Shown: positions 20,901 to 31,190, counted from the first letter of the stretch. The stretch is 64,000 nt of DNA from an uncultured bacterium (GCA_963977015.1 CAXBMO010000023.1:34205-98204), one strand, 5' to 3'. A program made the numbers and translations. Notes: generated by a model not told the origin, from the sequence alone.

Positions 20901-21416
20901 GGTGAGGCCTTCCTCTTCAAGACGTTGGTAAACGAAGGCGTCAATGGGGTTCGAGACTGGCCAGGAAGGTGGGACCGCGGGAATCTTGGGAAGAATCGGT
21001 TTCTCGTAGGACCAGTGCTTGGCGTATTCTCCTCCTTGTTCGATCCAGCGTCGGATCAAAGCGATCTCGTCTGGATCGAGACGCCGCCCCTTTCCCTTGG
21101 GAGGCATCTTGTCGTCTTCGTCATCGGTGGTAATCCGGTAGAGCATTTCACTGGCCTCAGCGTCTCCCGGGACGATTGCCGCATAACCTCCCAGGTCGGC
21201 CCGGGAACCCTCAATGGTATCGAGACGAAGATCAGCAGCCCGTTCGTTTTCGTCCGGGCCATGGCACGCGATGCAGTTGCTGGAAATGAGCGGACGAATA
21301 TCCCGGTTAAAGTCAATCTTCTCTTCAGCTGCCGTCAGCATTGCTGAGCCGGCGAGCATGACCAGCGGGAGAGCGAAAATGGTGGGGTATTTCATCATTG
21401 GTCGAAATGGGTTCAA
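17988..21416 (-). CDS. Planctomycete-type cytochrome c / DUF1549 / DUF1553 (PSD1) protein with discoidin/fucolectin-like insert
   Basis: IDFNRDIRPLISSNCIACHG, WLDLARYADS, CAQCHTHKFDP, ATQSSTDY...AIDGNTDG...SHT...PWFELDLG, PSHPELLDWLA, TNTPLQAL. Confidence 0.9.
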   Translation of the reverse strand: MNPFRPMMKYPTIFALPLVMLAGSAMLTAAEEKIDFNRDIRPLISSNCIACHGPDENERAADLRLDTIEGSRADLGGYAAIVPGDAEASEMLYRITTDDEDDKMPPKGKGRRLDPDEIALIRRWIEQGGEYAKHWSYEKPILPKIPAVPPSWPVSNPIDAFVYQRLEEEGLTPSAQADRWTLARRVALDLTGLPPTWEEASAFVQDTGDDAYERYVDAQLAKPAFGERWARVWLDLARYADSAGYADDPPRTIWAYRDWVIRALNDDMPFDRFTIEQIAGDLLESPTEDQLVATAFHRNTLTNNEGGTNNEEFRTVAVVDRVNTTMEVWMGTTMACAQCHTHKFDPITHDEYFQMYDFFNQSEDSDQRDERPLLEIWSDEQLEQKRSWTERITTLKQVLDTNTPVLEEEKKNWLAGLRQEPAWKPLTNAKLEGSNLEQASDGTGWLSLGKKESTVTDHVLSFPTSQQTISGLELEVSPEQTANFVLSQLSAEWTPKVPTPTVGQYVRIELPGKSKMIHLAELQVFSGGKNVAPTGTATQSSTDYDGPAQLAIDGNTDGDYAKKSVSHTAAESDPWFELDLGKPMPIDRLLLWNRTGKGLPERLKGFRIQVLDASRNAVWEDSPEIPNPSSTYSFSGSRPLKFRSAHADFSQTGFPAQSVISPKLDPKKGWAIGGQTGKDHRLKLILGKPMNLEEGTLTLRLNQRYSKGQHVLTNFRFSITNDPDITQWAQIPTAVREAIKATAPSEAQLESIRVFHRSIATSLHPERQELAKLTQQLASLKPNTTVPVMRDLSGTPRVTKLQIRGNYKNTAHQLSAATPAVFHPLREDLPRNRLALAHWLVDPENPLTSRVMVNRFWAQIFGQGIVATNEEFGSQGELPSHPELLDWLAIQFGESWDLKHLLKLMVLSLTYQQSSVVTPELENSDPFNILYARGPRFRISAEMVRDQSLFLSGLLSDKMFGPPVKPPQPELGLKAAFGSATDWKTSQGEDRYRRGIYTTWRRSSPYPSMAAFDAPNREVCTSRRGRTNTPLQALVTMNDPVYIEAAQALARQIYAGSDTTETRVEHGLTKCLLRQPTAIEIQRLTDLFNTSRDRFRSSPEMALEMATNPLGPLPEGYPPADLAAWTVVANVILNLDEIFLKR

Positions 21417-22888
21417 GCAAGGATTCCGTTTACGATGTGTCCGTGAACGTCCGTGAGGCGGAATCGCCTTCCTTGGAAGCGGTAGGTCAGTTGTTCGTGG
21501 TCGATGCCGAGTAGGTGGAGAATGGTGGCTTGAAAATCGTGCACATGAACCGGATTCTTGATGGCGTTCATTCCGAGATCGTCGGACGCACCGTAGGTGA
21601 TTCCAGGCTTGATCCCTCCTCCCGCCATCCAGGAGGTGAACGCATAAGGATGGTGATCACGCCCCCATCGAGGGCGGTTGTTGATGTCGCCCTGGATAAA
21701 GGGAGTTCTTCCAAACTCACCACCCCAAATGACGAGGGTATCGTCCAAAAGACCACGCATCTTGAGATCCTTGACCAAGGCGGCACTGGCTTGATCGGTA
21801 TCACGGCACTGGTTGTAGAGCTCCGTGGTAAGACTGTTGTGCTGATCCCATCCCGCATGCATGCACTGGACAAAACGCACCCCGCGCTCGATCAGGCGTC
21901 GAGCCATCAGGCAGTTGTAGGCATAGGTTCCCTGCTCGGTGACTCCCGGCCCGTACAGGTCGAGAACATGTTGCGGCTCATCAGAAAGATCCGTGAGTTC
22001 CGGGACGCTGGTTTGCATCCGGTAGGCCATTTCATACTGCGCGATGCGAGTCTGGATCTCGGGATCTCCGCTCTGATCGAATTTCCTGGCGTTGAGTTCT
22101 GCCAAATCATCGAGCATTCCACGGCGCAGTTCGGGGCCCACCCCGGGGGGATTTTCCAAATACAGAACGGGATCACCGATGCCCCGAAACTTGACCCCCT
22201 GAAAACGGGAAGGGAGAAAGCCCGCCCCCCAATAGAAGTCATAGAAAATCTGACCACAACTCGTCCCCTTGCTGATTGAGGTCATTGCCACGAAACCGGG
22301 CAGGTCTTCTCCCTCAACTCCGAGTCCATACGTTAACCAGGCCCCCATGGTTGGGCGACCGGGGATTTGTCCTCCGCTTAGCATGAAGGAAATCGCCGGC
22401 GCATGGTTCACGGCATCGGTATGCATACTCTTCACGAAGCAGAGGTCGTCGACGATGCTCGCGGTGTGAGGGAAGAGCTTGCTCACCCAGGCACCACTTT
22501 CCCCATGTTGGGCAAACGGTTCGATGCTATCCAGCACCAGTTTGCTGGAGACGTTCTGGGTCATCGTACTGAACCGTTTTCCTTCCACATATCCGGCGGG
22601 GAGTTGCTTTCCGTGAAGCTTCTTGAGAAGCGGTTTGTGGTCGAAAGTATCGACATGCGTGGGCCCTCCGTTTTGGAAGAGATAGATGACGCGCTTTGCT
22701 TTGGCCTGATGATTGGGAAACGATGAGCGGGACTGAGCATAACCACTTTGGCCGAGCAAGGTGGCAAGTGCGGCGCTGCCGATGCCGGTTGATGCCTTGC
22801 CGAAAAAATGGCGCCGATTGATTCCCTTTTGGTGATCCGTTACCGGACCAGGATTGACCGAGTTGAGAATGGGAGAAAAACGAGGCAT
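21413..22888 (-). CDS. DUF1501 domain protein (second paralogue, Tat signal)
   Basis: NRRHFF, AKAKRVIYLFQNGGP, NHAPA, WGGEFGRTP, GRDHHP, RLTDVHG. Confidence 0.9.
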   Translation of the reverse strand: MPRFSPILNSVNPGPVTDHQKGINRRHFFGKASTGIGSAALATLLGQSGYAQSRSSFPNHQAKAKRVIYLFQNGGPTHVDTFDHKPLLKKLHGKQLPAGYVEGKRFSTMTQNVSSKLVLDSIEPFAQHGESGAWVSKLFPHTASIVDDLCFVKSMHTDAVNHAPAISFMLSGGQIPGRPTMGAWLTYGLGVEGEDLPGFVAMTSISKGTSCGQIFYDFYWGAGFLPSRFQGVKFRGIGDPVLYLENPPGVGPELRRGMLDDLAELNARKFDQSGDPEIQTRIAQYEMAYRMQTSVPELTDLSDEPQHVLDLYGPGVTEQGTYAYNCLMARRLIERGVRFVQCMHAGWDQHNSLTTELYNQCRDTDQASAALVKDLKMRGLLDDTLVIWGGEFGRTPFIQGDINNRPRWGRDHHPYAFTSWMAGGGIKPGITYGASDDLGMNAIKNPVHVHDFQATILHLLGIDHEQLTYRFQGRRFRLTDVHGHIVNGILA

Positions 22889-22912
22889 TGAGACAAGGGG
22901 CGAAAGTGGTGG

Positions 22913-25900
22913 CTACTCTTTGCTAAGGGTTTCATCGAGGTTGAGGAGCATGAGACTCACACAGGTCAACGCGGCGTGTTCGACCGTCGGCAGGCTCTGG
23001 TCGCGTGGCGAGTCCCCATAATTGAGGAGAAGTTCCGCTTCCGTCGGGTTCTTTTGATAGGCGTCTTGAGCGCGCTTGTAACTTCGTTTCCAGATCGCAA
23101 GTTCCTCGTCAGTCGGAATTCGGGTGAGGAGGGTTTCCCCGATCAATTGCAATTGAGCTGAGGTTTCGGATTCCCGCTTTAGTGCGCGCTTGGCCAGGTG
23201 GCGAGCGGCTTCCACGTAGGTCACGTCGTTCAGGGTGGTCAGCGCATGCATCGGTGTGTTGGTCCGGGCAACCTTGACGTCACAGATCTGGCGTTTGCTT
23301 ACGTCGAAGAACATGGTTGGGCCCACAATTCTTCTCCAAAAAACGTAGAGACTGCGCCGGTAGAGGTCGTCTCCCGTGGCCCGCGCGTATTTCTTTTTGC
23401 CGAAGGTGGCTTCCTCCCAAATTCCTGGAGGTTGGTAGCCATTAAAGGCAGGGCCGCCGAGTTTCGGGTTCAGGAGGCCGGATGCCGCAAGAGCTTGATC
23501 GCGGATCATCCAACTTGGCAGGCGATGACGAGTTCCCCGCGCGAGCAAGCGGTTCTCGGGATCGAGGTCCCGCCATTTTGGATCCGGAGTGACAGAGCTA
23601 CGTTGGTAAGTTTCGCTGGTGACAATGGTCTTCAGGAGACGCTTCACATCCCAGCCGGAGTCCATGAAATCCGCAGCCAACCAGTTCAACAATTCCAAAT
23701 GCGCCGGATACTCGGCCTGAACTCCAAAGTCCTCGGCGGTCTTCACGAGGCCCACACCGAACAGCATTTGCCAGATTCGATTGACGGTTACACGTGCCGT
23801 CAGGGGATGGTCGCGAGACACGAGCCAACTGGCCAGGGCCAACCGGTTGGGAGGAGAGTTTTCATCCAGTGGTGGGAAGATTTCAGGTACCGAAGGAAAG
23901 ACTTCCGGCCCCGGGTGATTGTACATCCCGCGGTCCAGGATGAACGTCTTCCGTGGCTTCTCGAGATCAGCCATCACCATCACCTTCGGGATCGCTTTCC
24001 GATGCGCTTCAAGGGCCGATTTTGCTTTCTCGGCTTTGGCGGCAAGGCTGCGATAGAGTGAATCGGAAGCACGGTGAGTTTTGGTGATCAGTTCGTTCTG
24101 TCCTTTGCTGCGTTTCTCGGTGGGTGTCCTCAGCGCCGCGATCAATTTGGCGTCATCCTTCTCATTGCCGGGAGATGGTGATTCGGTGGCGGAAAGCCTT
24201 ACCCGTCCAATGAAGTGGTGTTGATGGACCGAATCATGCCGCAATGTGAACTCAAGCGGGCCGCTAACGGGAGCCCTGAGAATGAACGTCGCGTAATGCG
24301 ACTGCGAAACCGGTTTGCCGCTGAACACAGCCCATCCTGTGTTGGGATTTCCATCAAACGAACGGCTAACCGCGAGACCGCCTTGTTCGTAGGTCGCGGT
24401 AGCCGATGAAATGGGAATGAGCTTTCCTTCGGAACGAATTTCGAACTCTGTCAGGACGAAGTTGCCACTATCCGAACGTGCGAGCCCTTTGCCTGCGTTG
24501 CTGAAGGAAGGGTGTTGCAAGGCCTCAAGGCGAATGGCGGTAATGTTTTTCAGACCAGCCTCGGTCGAAATGACGAACGTCTCGCGGTCCGGGTTGGGGC
24601 CGGATGCGAGCACCGTTCGATCATCTTGAATCGTTAACTGGGTGGTTGTGGCCGAAGCGGAAATGGGGTTCAGGATCTTCCATTCGGTGATCGCGGAGAA
24701 TTCGTTTTCCCATTTGTGCTGCTGAGGCGCTATGGCACGAGCGCGTTCGTCTACGGCCTGTCTCGCCTGAGAATAACGGGCCACCAACATCGCTTCCTTT
24801 TGCTTTTGAAGATCCGTTGCGATTCCAAGATTTGGTTTGGTTTGGGGATCACCACCGCCGCCAGAAACCGGTGTCTGGTTAAAGAACGCCGTGAATTGGT
24901 AGTAGTCTTTCTGAGTGAGGGGATCGAACTTGTGATCGTGGCAGCGACAGCAGTTGAGGGTTAACCCGAGCCAGGCCGTTCCCATCGTTTCCGCCATATC
25001 GAAGACATAGTCGACGCGGTTCTCCTCGGCAATGCGCCCGCCTTCTCCATTGATCATGTGGTTTCGATTGAAGCCGGTTGCGAGGATCTGCTCTTCGCTC
25101 GCATTTGGAAGGAGATCGCCAGCCAACTGCCAGATTGTGAATTGATCGTAGGGGAGGTTCTTGTTGAAGGCTTCGACCACCCAATCGCGCCACGGCCACA
25201 TGGTCCGTTCGCGGTCGCCCTGATAACCGTTGGAATCCGCATAGCGAGCGACTTCAAGCCAATCCCAGGCCATTCGGACACCGAAGGCCTCCGTGCTCAA
25301 CAGCTCATCGATCAAGAATTCCCAGTTCTTGGCATTCGGTTCCGCGGCGAAACGGGAGACCTGTTCTGGAGTTGGTGGGAGGCCTGTTAGATCAAGCGCT
25401 GCTCTTCGAACCAGGGTGTGCGGAGGTGCTTTGGCGCTGGGCGGAATTCCAACTTGATTCAGTTTCGTCTGGATGAATTGGTCAATCGGATTGGTGGGGA
25501 GTTGGGGATCCTTTGGAAGTTCTGGGACGCGCTCAAAGGCCCAATGCCCGCCCCAGGTTGCACCTTGGTCGATCCAATCGGCAACGAGGCGGATCTGAGA
25601 CTCCGTGAGGGTTCGATGGGACTTCGGCGGAGGCATCAAATCTTCTGGATCGTCCGAGGTAAGTCGGTCCATGAGTTCGCTATTCCCGCTATCACCCGCC
25701 GTGATGAACTGCTTCGCGTTTGCTTCATCGTCCATGCGGAGACCGGCCTTCCGGGCCTTGGCATCAAACCCATGACAGTGGAAACAATTCTCGGAGAAAA
25801 TCGGCCGAACATCGCGGGTGAAGTCAATGTCATTCGCGAGCCCCGAATCGACCGCATTGAACAGGACGATCAGTAGAAGGAAGGAATATCCTGGTGCTGG

Positions 25901-25915
25901 GAACAGGGAATCCAT
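22913..25915 (-). CDS. Planctomycete-type cytochrome c / DUF1549 / DUF1553 (PSD1) protein (second paralogue)
   Basis: IDFTRDVRPIFSENCFHCHG, WLEVARYADSNG, CCRCHDHKFDP, TARVTVNRIWQ, TNTPMHAL. Start placed at MDSLFP. Confidence 0.9.
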   Translation of the reverse strand: MDSLFPAPGYSFLLLIVLFNAVDSGLANDIDFTRDVRPIFSENCFHCHGFDAKARKAGLRMDDEANAKQFITAGDSGNSELMDRLTSDDPEDLMPPPKSHRTLTESQIRLVADWIDQGATWGGHWAFERVPELPKDPQLPTNPIDQFIQTKLNQVGIPPSAKAPPHTLVRRAALDLTGLPPTPEQVSRFAAEPNAKNWEFLIDELLSTEAFGVRMAWDWLEVARYADSNGYQGDRERTMWPWRDWVVEAFNKNLPYDQFTIWQLAGDLLPNASEEQILATGFNRNHMINGEGGRIAEENRVDYVFDMAETMGTAWLGLTLNCCRCHDHKFDPLTQKDYYQFTAFFNQTPVSGGGGDPQTKPNLGIATDLQKQKEAMLVARYSQARQAVDERARAIAPQQHKWENEFSAITEWKILNPISASATTTQLTIQDDRTVLASGPNPDRETFVISTEAGLKNITAIRLEALQHPSFSNAGKGLARSDSGNFVLTEFEIRSEGKLIPISSATATYEQGGLAVSRSFDGNPNTGWAVFSGKPVSQSHYATFILRAPVSGPLEFTLRHDSVHQHHFIGRVRLSATESPSPGNEKDDAKLIAALRTPTEKRSKGQNELITKTHRASDSLYRSLAAKAEKAKSALEAHRKAIPKVMVMADLEKPRKTFILDRGMYNHPGPEVFPSVPEIFPPLDENSPPNRLALASWLVSRDHPLTARVTVNRIWQMLFGVGLVKTAEDFGVQAEYPAHLELLNWLAADFMDSGWDVKRLLKTIVTSETYQRSSVTPDPKWRDLDPENRLLARGTRHRLPSWMIRDQALAASGLLNPKLGGPAFNGYQPPGIWEEATFGKKKYARATGDDLYRRSLYVFWRRIVGPTMFFDVSKRQICDVKVARTNTPMHALTTLNDVTYVEAARHLAKRALKRESETSAQLQLIGETLLTRIPTDEELAIWKRSYKRAQDAYQKNPTEAELLLNYGDSPRDQSLPTVEHAALTCVSLMLLNLDETLSKE

Positions 25916-25919
25916 TGGG

Positions 25920-27443
25920 CTATTCGGGGTTGATCGTCCAGAGTTCAGCGGGTTTACCCCGTGCCACAAGATCCTTCACTTCGTCGATGTCGAGCTCTCG
26001 GTTCCATATCGCAAACTCGTCCATGCGGCCGCGAAATGCCCGGATTGGGACGTAAGGCCATTCCTCGTCCCACAGCCAGTTGCCGATGCGGGCTAAGCCG
26101 GGGGCGATGTTGCTGTCGGGGGAAAGCTGGTTCGCGCCTGCCAACTCACCATTGAGGAAGACCTTACTCTTGCCGCTGATTCGGGAAATGGTTCCGGCGA
26201 CGTGCACCCATTGCCCGGTGGGAACCACCTTTCGGGCCGGTGGCAAGGGGTGCCCGGTCTCGAAAGCCGCGACCCACATCGTTCCAGATCGGTTGAACTG
26301 CCAATGGATGTCTCCGGAGTTCCAACCATTGGAATCCAGAATCGAGGTGTGACTGAAATCGAAGCGATCGACCTTCATCCACGCGGCGAAGGTCAGTTCC
26401 TCAAACTCACCTGGAATATTGATCTCGACATAGTCGGTATCGCGGTCAAAGAGGAGGCCATCCTTCCCGGGCCACCGACCGGAAACCCAACGCGCCCCCT
26501 GAATCCGACCGTCACTGACGCCTGCATTCTCCGCAAGATTTACCAGGAGATCCGGATTCTCCGTTGGACGAAAATCGTAATAGGCAATCAGATCCCGGTC
26601 ACGGGCGAAGTCTTTCGCCGTATTTCTCCAGCGAAGGTAGCCAATCGATCCAGGAGTTGGGAACAAATCCTTGGTCGGAGCGGATGTCCGTCTCAGTTCG
26701 CCATTCGAGAACTGCACGGACTCTCCGTCCAAAACCGAGGAGAGGAGTTCCGTGGTCCCCGGCTTCTTGGCATCTACCTGACCGTTGAACACGTGAAGTT
26801 CACTCGCGCCGGTATCCTGATGAACCTGAACTCCAAATTCAGTTCCAAGGTCCTCGTAGTCAATTCCAGGGGTTGCAATGGTGAAGCCCTGAGCGCTTGG
26901 CGGAACGATGGCGCGAACGGCTCCGTCTTTGAGGCGAACATGAAACGCGTCATCAATCAAAAAGGAAGCCGGACCTTCCATCACGAGGTCCGCCCCATTG
27001 GAAAATCGCAGGTGAATCGCGCCGGATACCAACTGGTAGTCACCCGGTTCAAAGCGGACGGCATCGGGATCGTGTCCTTCGCGGAATTTTGCGCCAGCTT
27101 CATCAACCAAAAGAGCAACGACCGGGCTGGGGGGCGTAGTAGACGGAGGCGGCGTGGGGATCTCTCGAAGGACCGCGATGAGTGCGATAAGGCAGGCGGC
27201 GGCTGTGATGATCCATGGAGCGGCTGCCTTCCATGCCGGGAAATTGAGACTGGTCGAGGGATGTGACGCGGGACGAGACTTCCTTGCAAACTCGGGCAAG
27301 CTTTCGGTGATCGTCGCCAGGAGCCTGAGCCGGGTTCGTGCCTCTTTGCTCTCCCGAAGCAACTCCCTCAACTGATCGTGCTCTTCAGGGGGAAGATCTT
27401 CATCCAGGTAACGTCCCAGAAGCTCGTCGTTTTGCCTGCTCAT
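25920..27443 (-). CDS. Putative anti-sigma factor: TM helix, FecR-like domain, LamG/ConA-like domain
   Basis: N-terminal LLGRYLD helix, TM segment (WIITAAACLIALIAV), LVMEGPA...GFTIATP...DLGTEFGV...LHVFNGQV, and C-terminal WVHVAGT...FRGRMDEFAIWNREL. Confidence 0.85.
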   Translation of the reverse strand: MSRQNDELLGRYLDEDLPPEEHDQLRELLRESKEARTRLRLLATITESLPEFARKSRPASHPSTSLNFPAWKAAAPWIITAAACLIALIAVLREIPTPPPSTTPPSPVVALLVDEAGAKFREGHDPDAVRFEPGDYQLVSGAIHLRFSNGADLVMEGPASFLIDDAFHVRLKDGAVRAIVPPSAQGFTIATPGIDYEDLGTEFGVQVHQDTGASELHVFNGQVDAKKPGTTELLSSVLDGESVQFSNGELRRTSAPTKDLFPTPGSIGYLRWRNTAKDFARDRDLIAYYDFRPTENPDLLVNLAENAGVSDGRIQGARWVSGRWPGKDGLLFDRDTDYVEINIPGEFEELTFAAWMKVDRFDFSHTSILDSNGWNSGDIHWQFNRSGTMWVAAFETGHPLPPARKVVPTGQWVHVAGTISRISGKSKVFLNGELAGANQLSPDSNIAPGLARIGNWLWDEEWPYVPIRAFRGRMDEFAIWNRELDIDEVKDLVARGKPAELWTINPE

Positions 27444-27976
27444 GAGGTTTCCGCCATTTTCCTTTCGATGCAGTCCGCAAGCTCCAGCCGAATGCGCCTG
27501 AGGAGCTGGTAAAGCGCATCGGGCTTTTTGTGATGTTGAGCCGCCAACTCCTTGATCGAGACCTGCGGGTCGTAGGCTTCCGTGATCAATTCGCGTCGTG
27601 CGTCCGGAAGTAGCGTCAGGCAGTTCTCAAGCGCTTCGATCCATGCGTTGCGTTTCGAGGACTGTTCGATCCCTTCTTGCGCGATTCTCTCAACCAGATC
27701 GTCATCGAGAACGAGGCGATCCCGGGCCTTGGTGCGCCGGAATTTGAGGATTTCAAATCGCGCGATCACGCAAATCCACTTCCCAAAGTTCCGGTTTGGG
27801 TCGTCCAATTCGGCGAACTTTCGCAAAGCGACCAAACTGACGTCCTGCATGATCTCGGCGACGTCGTTTCCCGACGGGATCGACGCCCGGATGAAGGCGC
27901 GCACCTCCGGTTCATGCTTGGTGAGAAGAAGAACGAACTGCTCGTGAGAGTCTGACAGGTGTGCTGAATCCGGCAT
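27440..27976 (-). CDS. ECF sigma-70 factor (Rhodopirellula/Verrucomicrobium type)
   Basis: FVLLLTKHEPEVRAFI...EIMQDV...FGKWICVIARF...ALENCL...YQLLRRIRLELADCI. Overlaps the anti-sigma start. Confidence 0.9.
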   Translation of the reverse strand: MPDSAHLSDSHEQFVLLLTKHEPEVRAFIRASIPSGNDVAEIMQDVSLVALRKFAELDDPNRNFGKWICVIARFEILKFRRTKARDRLVLDDDLVERIAQEGIEQSSKRNAWIEALENCLTLLPDARRELITEAYDPQVSIKELAAQHHKKPDALYQLLRRIRLELADCIERKMAETS

Positions 27977-28038
27977 GGGGTTTCAGCCTATCACTCCCGA
28001 AGAGGGGCGGATCTGATGAAAAAACGGAAAAAAGTCCC

Positions 28039-28138
28039 AGGGAGCGCGTGAAAAGCGCCGCATCTCAACATCATGCGAAGCCAATCTTCAAAGAAGAGGA
28101 ACAACTTGCGCGTCGGTCATCATTTTCAAACGCTGCCT
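28039..28138. mobile_element. MITE-like element, copy 2 (100 bp, imperfect 16-bp terminal inverted repeats)
   Basis: Left end AGGGAGCGCGTGAAAA versus reverse complement of the right end AGGCAGCGTTTGAAAA (13/16 match). The core is shared with 15322-15398. The end overlaps the TAG stop of the neighbouring gene. Confidence 0.7.
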
Positions 28139-29066
28139 AATCTGCCAGTTCTTCGCTCATGAACTGGCGGAGAAAGCGTGCGCTCTGGCGAAGTGCGCCA
28201 TGACGACCCTTGAGCGTTTTCTCGTAGGGACGATCTTCCACCTCGATACAAACCGGGCCGGTATAGTCGGCCTGGCTGAGTGCGCTGAAAAAGTGCCCCC
28301 AATGGACGTCTCCAAGGCCCGGGAGTTTCGGCGTATGAAACTCAAGCGGAGTTGAGAGGATGCCCACGTCATCCAACGCCGCTTGATCAACGATGGCGTC
28401 TTTGGCGTGAACGTGAAACAGCTTGCTCGCGAATTCCTGAATCGGCTTCACGTAATCCATCTGCTGCCAGAGCAGATGGGACGGGTCGTAGTTGAGTCCA
28501 AAAGAATCGCTCTCGATGTCAGAGAACATCCGGCGCCATATCGCCGGGCTGATGGCGAGATTTTTGCCGCTGGGCCATTCATCGTTGCTGAAGTACATCG
28601 GGCAATTCTCGATGCCGATACGAACTCCGTTGTCTTCAGCCAGCCGGACCAGTGGTCTCCACACTTCGAGGAAACGCGGCCAATTTTGATCGATGGTTTT
28701 GGCGGGATCACGACCAATGAAGCTGGTGATTTGATGCACGCCCAGTTTCGGGGCGGATTGGATCAGTTTGACCAAATGGTCAATAGAGACCTGGGCTTCC
28801 GCAGGGACTGGCGTGAGCGGATTCGGGTAGTAGCCCAACGAGCTGATCGCCAGACCTTGGTCCGTGATCCTTCCCCGGATCTCGTCTGCCTGGCTGTCCG
28901 TCAGGTTGGCGACGTCAATATGGGTAATCCCGGCGTAACGCCGATCGGCTTCGCCCTTTGGCCAACACATCAGTTCCACGCAACGGAACCCTTCGTGGCT
29001 CGCAAAGTTGAGCACTTCGCTGAGTGATTGATCTGCCAGGATGGCACTAACGAATCCGAGTTGCAT
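28137..29066 (-). CDS. Sugar-phosphate isomerase/epimerase (xylose-isomerase-like TIM barrel)
   Basis: [48 protein letters not shown]. Confidence 0.88.
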   Translation of the reverse strand: MQLGFVSAILADQSLSEVLNFASHEGFRCVELMCWPKGEADRRYAGITHIDVANLTDSQADEIRGRITDQGLAISSLGYYPNPLTPVPAEAQVSIDHLVKLIQSAPKLGVHQITSFIGRDPAKTIDQNWPRFLEVWRPLVRLAEDNGVRIGIENCPMYFSNDEWPSGKNLAISPAIWRRMFSDIESDSFGLNYDPSHLLWQQMDYVKPIQEFASKLFHVHAKDAIVDQAALDDVGILSTPLEFHTPKLPGLGDVHWGHFFSALSQADYTGPVCIEVEDRPYEKTLKGRHGALRQSARFLRQFMSEELAD

Positions 29067-29083
29067 GGTGAGAGGGGAACAAT

Positions 29084-30223
29084 CTAGAGTTGGACCCAGC
29101 GTTGGGTCTGGTGGCTTTCGAGAATGGCGTCGCAAAGCTGGATCTCGCGATGCCCGTCTTCGAATGTGGCGAAATGCTGGTCGGGTCCGAAGTTCTTCTT
29201 CGCGATGGATTCATAAAATGCCCGGAACCCCATCTTGAAGGTGTCGGGAAATCCTTCGGCATGACCGCCCGGAAAATCGGCAAATCTTCTGGCGATATCC
29301 TGATTGAGTCCCGGATCTTTGAGAACAATCTCGTTGGGACGGTCCCGCGCACCTCGCCAAATCTCATTGGGTTGTTCGCTATTCCATTGAATCGCTCCTT
29401 TCGAACCGGAGATTTCGTAGCGGAGACAGTTCTTCCGGCCGGAAGTCACTTGAGAAACAAACATGGCTCCGCGGGCGCCATTCTCGAACCGCAAGAGGAC
29501 CGTGCCCAGGTCGTCGGTTGTCACCTCGATCGGCTCTGTTGCGTTGTTGTTCTGAGCCGTTCCTGAAAATGTTTCCACTTCGCCGGCAGGTCGCATTCGG
29601 ATGGGATGGACAGTGTGGACGTCGGCAAAAACGGAACTCACTTTTTTGCCGGTAATGTTCTGAACCAGGTCGATCCAATGAGTGCCGATGTCCGCAACCG
29701 CCCTCAACTTGCCTTGTTCTTCCGCGAGAACCCGCCAGTTGTAGTCGCTGTCGTAAAGAAGCCAGTCCTGTTGATAGCTTCCGAAGACGGAGTGAATCTC
29801 GCCAAGATCTCCAGATTGAACCCGCGCTTTTGCTTCCTGATTAATGGGGTAAAAGCGCATGTTGTAATTGACGCCCGCCGCCACCGCTTTTTCCTGAGCC
29901 AAGCGTACCAGTTCGCGCGACTCAGCAGAAGTCATGGCCAGAGGTTTCTCACACATGACGTGTTTTCCGGCGTTGAGTGCGGCCGATGCCTGTTCGAAAT
30001 GAAGACGGTTTGGAGTCGTGATGTGAATCGCTTCGACTTCTGGATCCGCGATGAGGTCTCCGAAGGTTGGATAGGCCTTTGGGAGCTCCAGCAAATCTGC
30101 GGCCGCCTTCGATTTCTCCATCGTGGAACCCTGAATTCCCAACACTTCCACACCGCGCACGCGCTTCAATGCTTCGGCGTGGACCGTGCCCATGAACCCG
30201 GTTCCTGTGATTGCGACTTTCAT
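29084..30223 (-). CDS. Gfo/Idh/MocA-family oxidoreductase
   Basis: [28 protein letters not shown]. Confidence 0.92.
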   Translation of the reverse strand: MKVAITGTGFMGTVHAEALKRVRGVEVLGIQGSTMEKSKAAADLLELPKAYPTFGDLIADPEVEAIHITTPNRLHFEQASAALNAGKHVMCEKPLAMTSAESRELVRLAQEKAVAAGVNYNMRFYPINQEAKARVQSGDLGEIHSVFGSYQQDWLLYDSDYNWRVLAEEQGKLRAVADIGTHWIDLVQNITGKKVSSVFADVHTVHPIRMRPAGEVETFSGTAQNNNATEPIEVTTDDLGTVLLRFENGARGAMFVSQVTSGRKNCLRYEISGSKGAIQWNSEQPNEIWRGARDRPNEIVLKDPGLNQDIARRFADFPGGHAEGFPDTFKMGFRAFYESIAKKNFGPDQHFATFEDGHREIQLCDAILESHQTQRWVQL

Positions 30224-30224
30224 G

Positions 30225-31187
30225 CTAAGTTAGGGTTGAGAGGAACGGTTTGCCAAAATCAGCCCCGTTCAAGGTTCGAATGCGTTCCACGACGCGCATC
30301 TGATAACCAGAGGCGATGTAGGTTTGGAGGCCGTTATCCATCGCGGTCGGTTTGAAGTCGGGATGTTCTTTGGTCAGTCTTTCGCCGTAGTGGCGGTAAT
30401 AATCCGCCGCCGCTTGCGAACGGATGAGGAGTGATTCACTGGACCAGTTGACCTTGGCGACTCCGCTTTCCACCGCATCGGCCAGTTGTGAGTTGGAAAG
30501 ACCGGAAGAGCCGTGGAGCGCGATTCCAATCGGGCGACCTGCGAGATCGCTGGCGAGTTGCTGATGCTCTTGAATCGCGGTGGTGCTGAAACCATTGACC
30601 TCTCCAAGGCCGTGTTGGGTGCCAACGCCGGGCGCCCACAGTGCGAGGAAGCCCGGGTGCCGCGTTTCGACTTCTCCAAACAGGGCCTTGGTTTCCGCCA
30701 ACGCAGTGACGCCGTCATCCACTCCGGCTTCCATTTCCAACGTCGCCGAAAGCGCGTGAGAACCGGCGAAATCGCAAAGCTCGCACAGATGGTCGATGTT
30801 CTCCGCAGGTGTCAGGTCGGACGAATCGAGGGAAATGCTCGAAGCTCGGGACTTCATCGCATGCTTCAAAATCGGCAGCGTGCCAGCACCCTTGATGTGA
30901 TCGGTATGGTAGATGACCGGGACCTCGGCAAAACGGGGATGATTGGCCAGGACCCGGAGATCGGCCAGATAACGGTCCATCCCCAGGATTGGATCGCCGG
31001 CCCCAAAACTGTGACCTTGCAACTGCCAGAGGCTGGTTTCGATGATGATGGGAGCATCGCATTCCTTAGCGGCGTGAAGACAGTCGACGATTGCTGCAGG
31101 ACTGTCCGCGTTGACCGCGAGAATCGCGTAGTGGTTCTGGACGGCATGCTCATACAGGGAGCGCGTTTGATCAGGAGATAGCAGCAT
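30225..31187 (-). CDS. Class II (metal-dependent) ketose-bisphosphate aldolase-like protein
   Basis: [51 protein letters not shown]. Confidence 0.8.
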   Translation of the reverse strand: MLLSPDQTRSLYEHAVQNHYAILAVNADSPAAIVDCLHAAKECDAPIIIETSLWQLQGHSFGAGDPILGMDRYLADLRVLANHPRFAEVPVIYHTDHIKGAGTLPILKHAMKSRASSISLDSSDLTPAENIDHLCELCDFAGSHALSATLEMEAGVDDGVTALAETKALFGEVETRHPGFLALWAPGVGTQHGLGEVNGFSTTAIQEHQQLASDLAGRPIGIALHGSSGLSNSQLADAVESGVAKVNWSSESLLIRSQAAADYYRHYGERLTKEHPDFKPTAMDNGLQTYIASGYQMRVVERIRTLNGADFGKPFLSTLT

Positions 31188-31190
31188 CGC

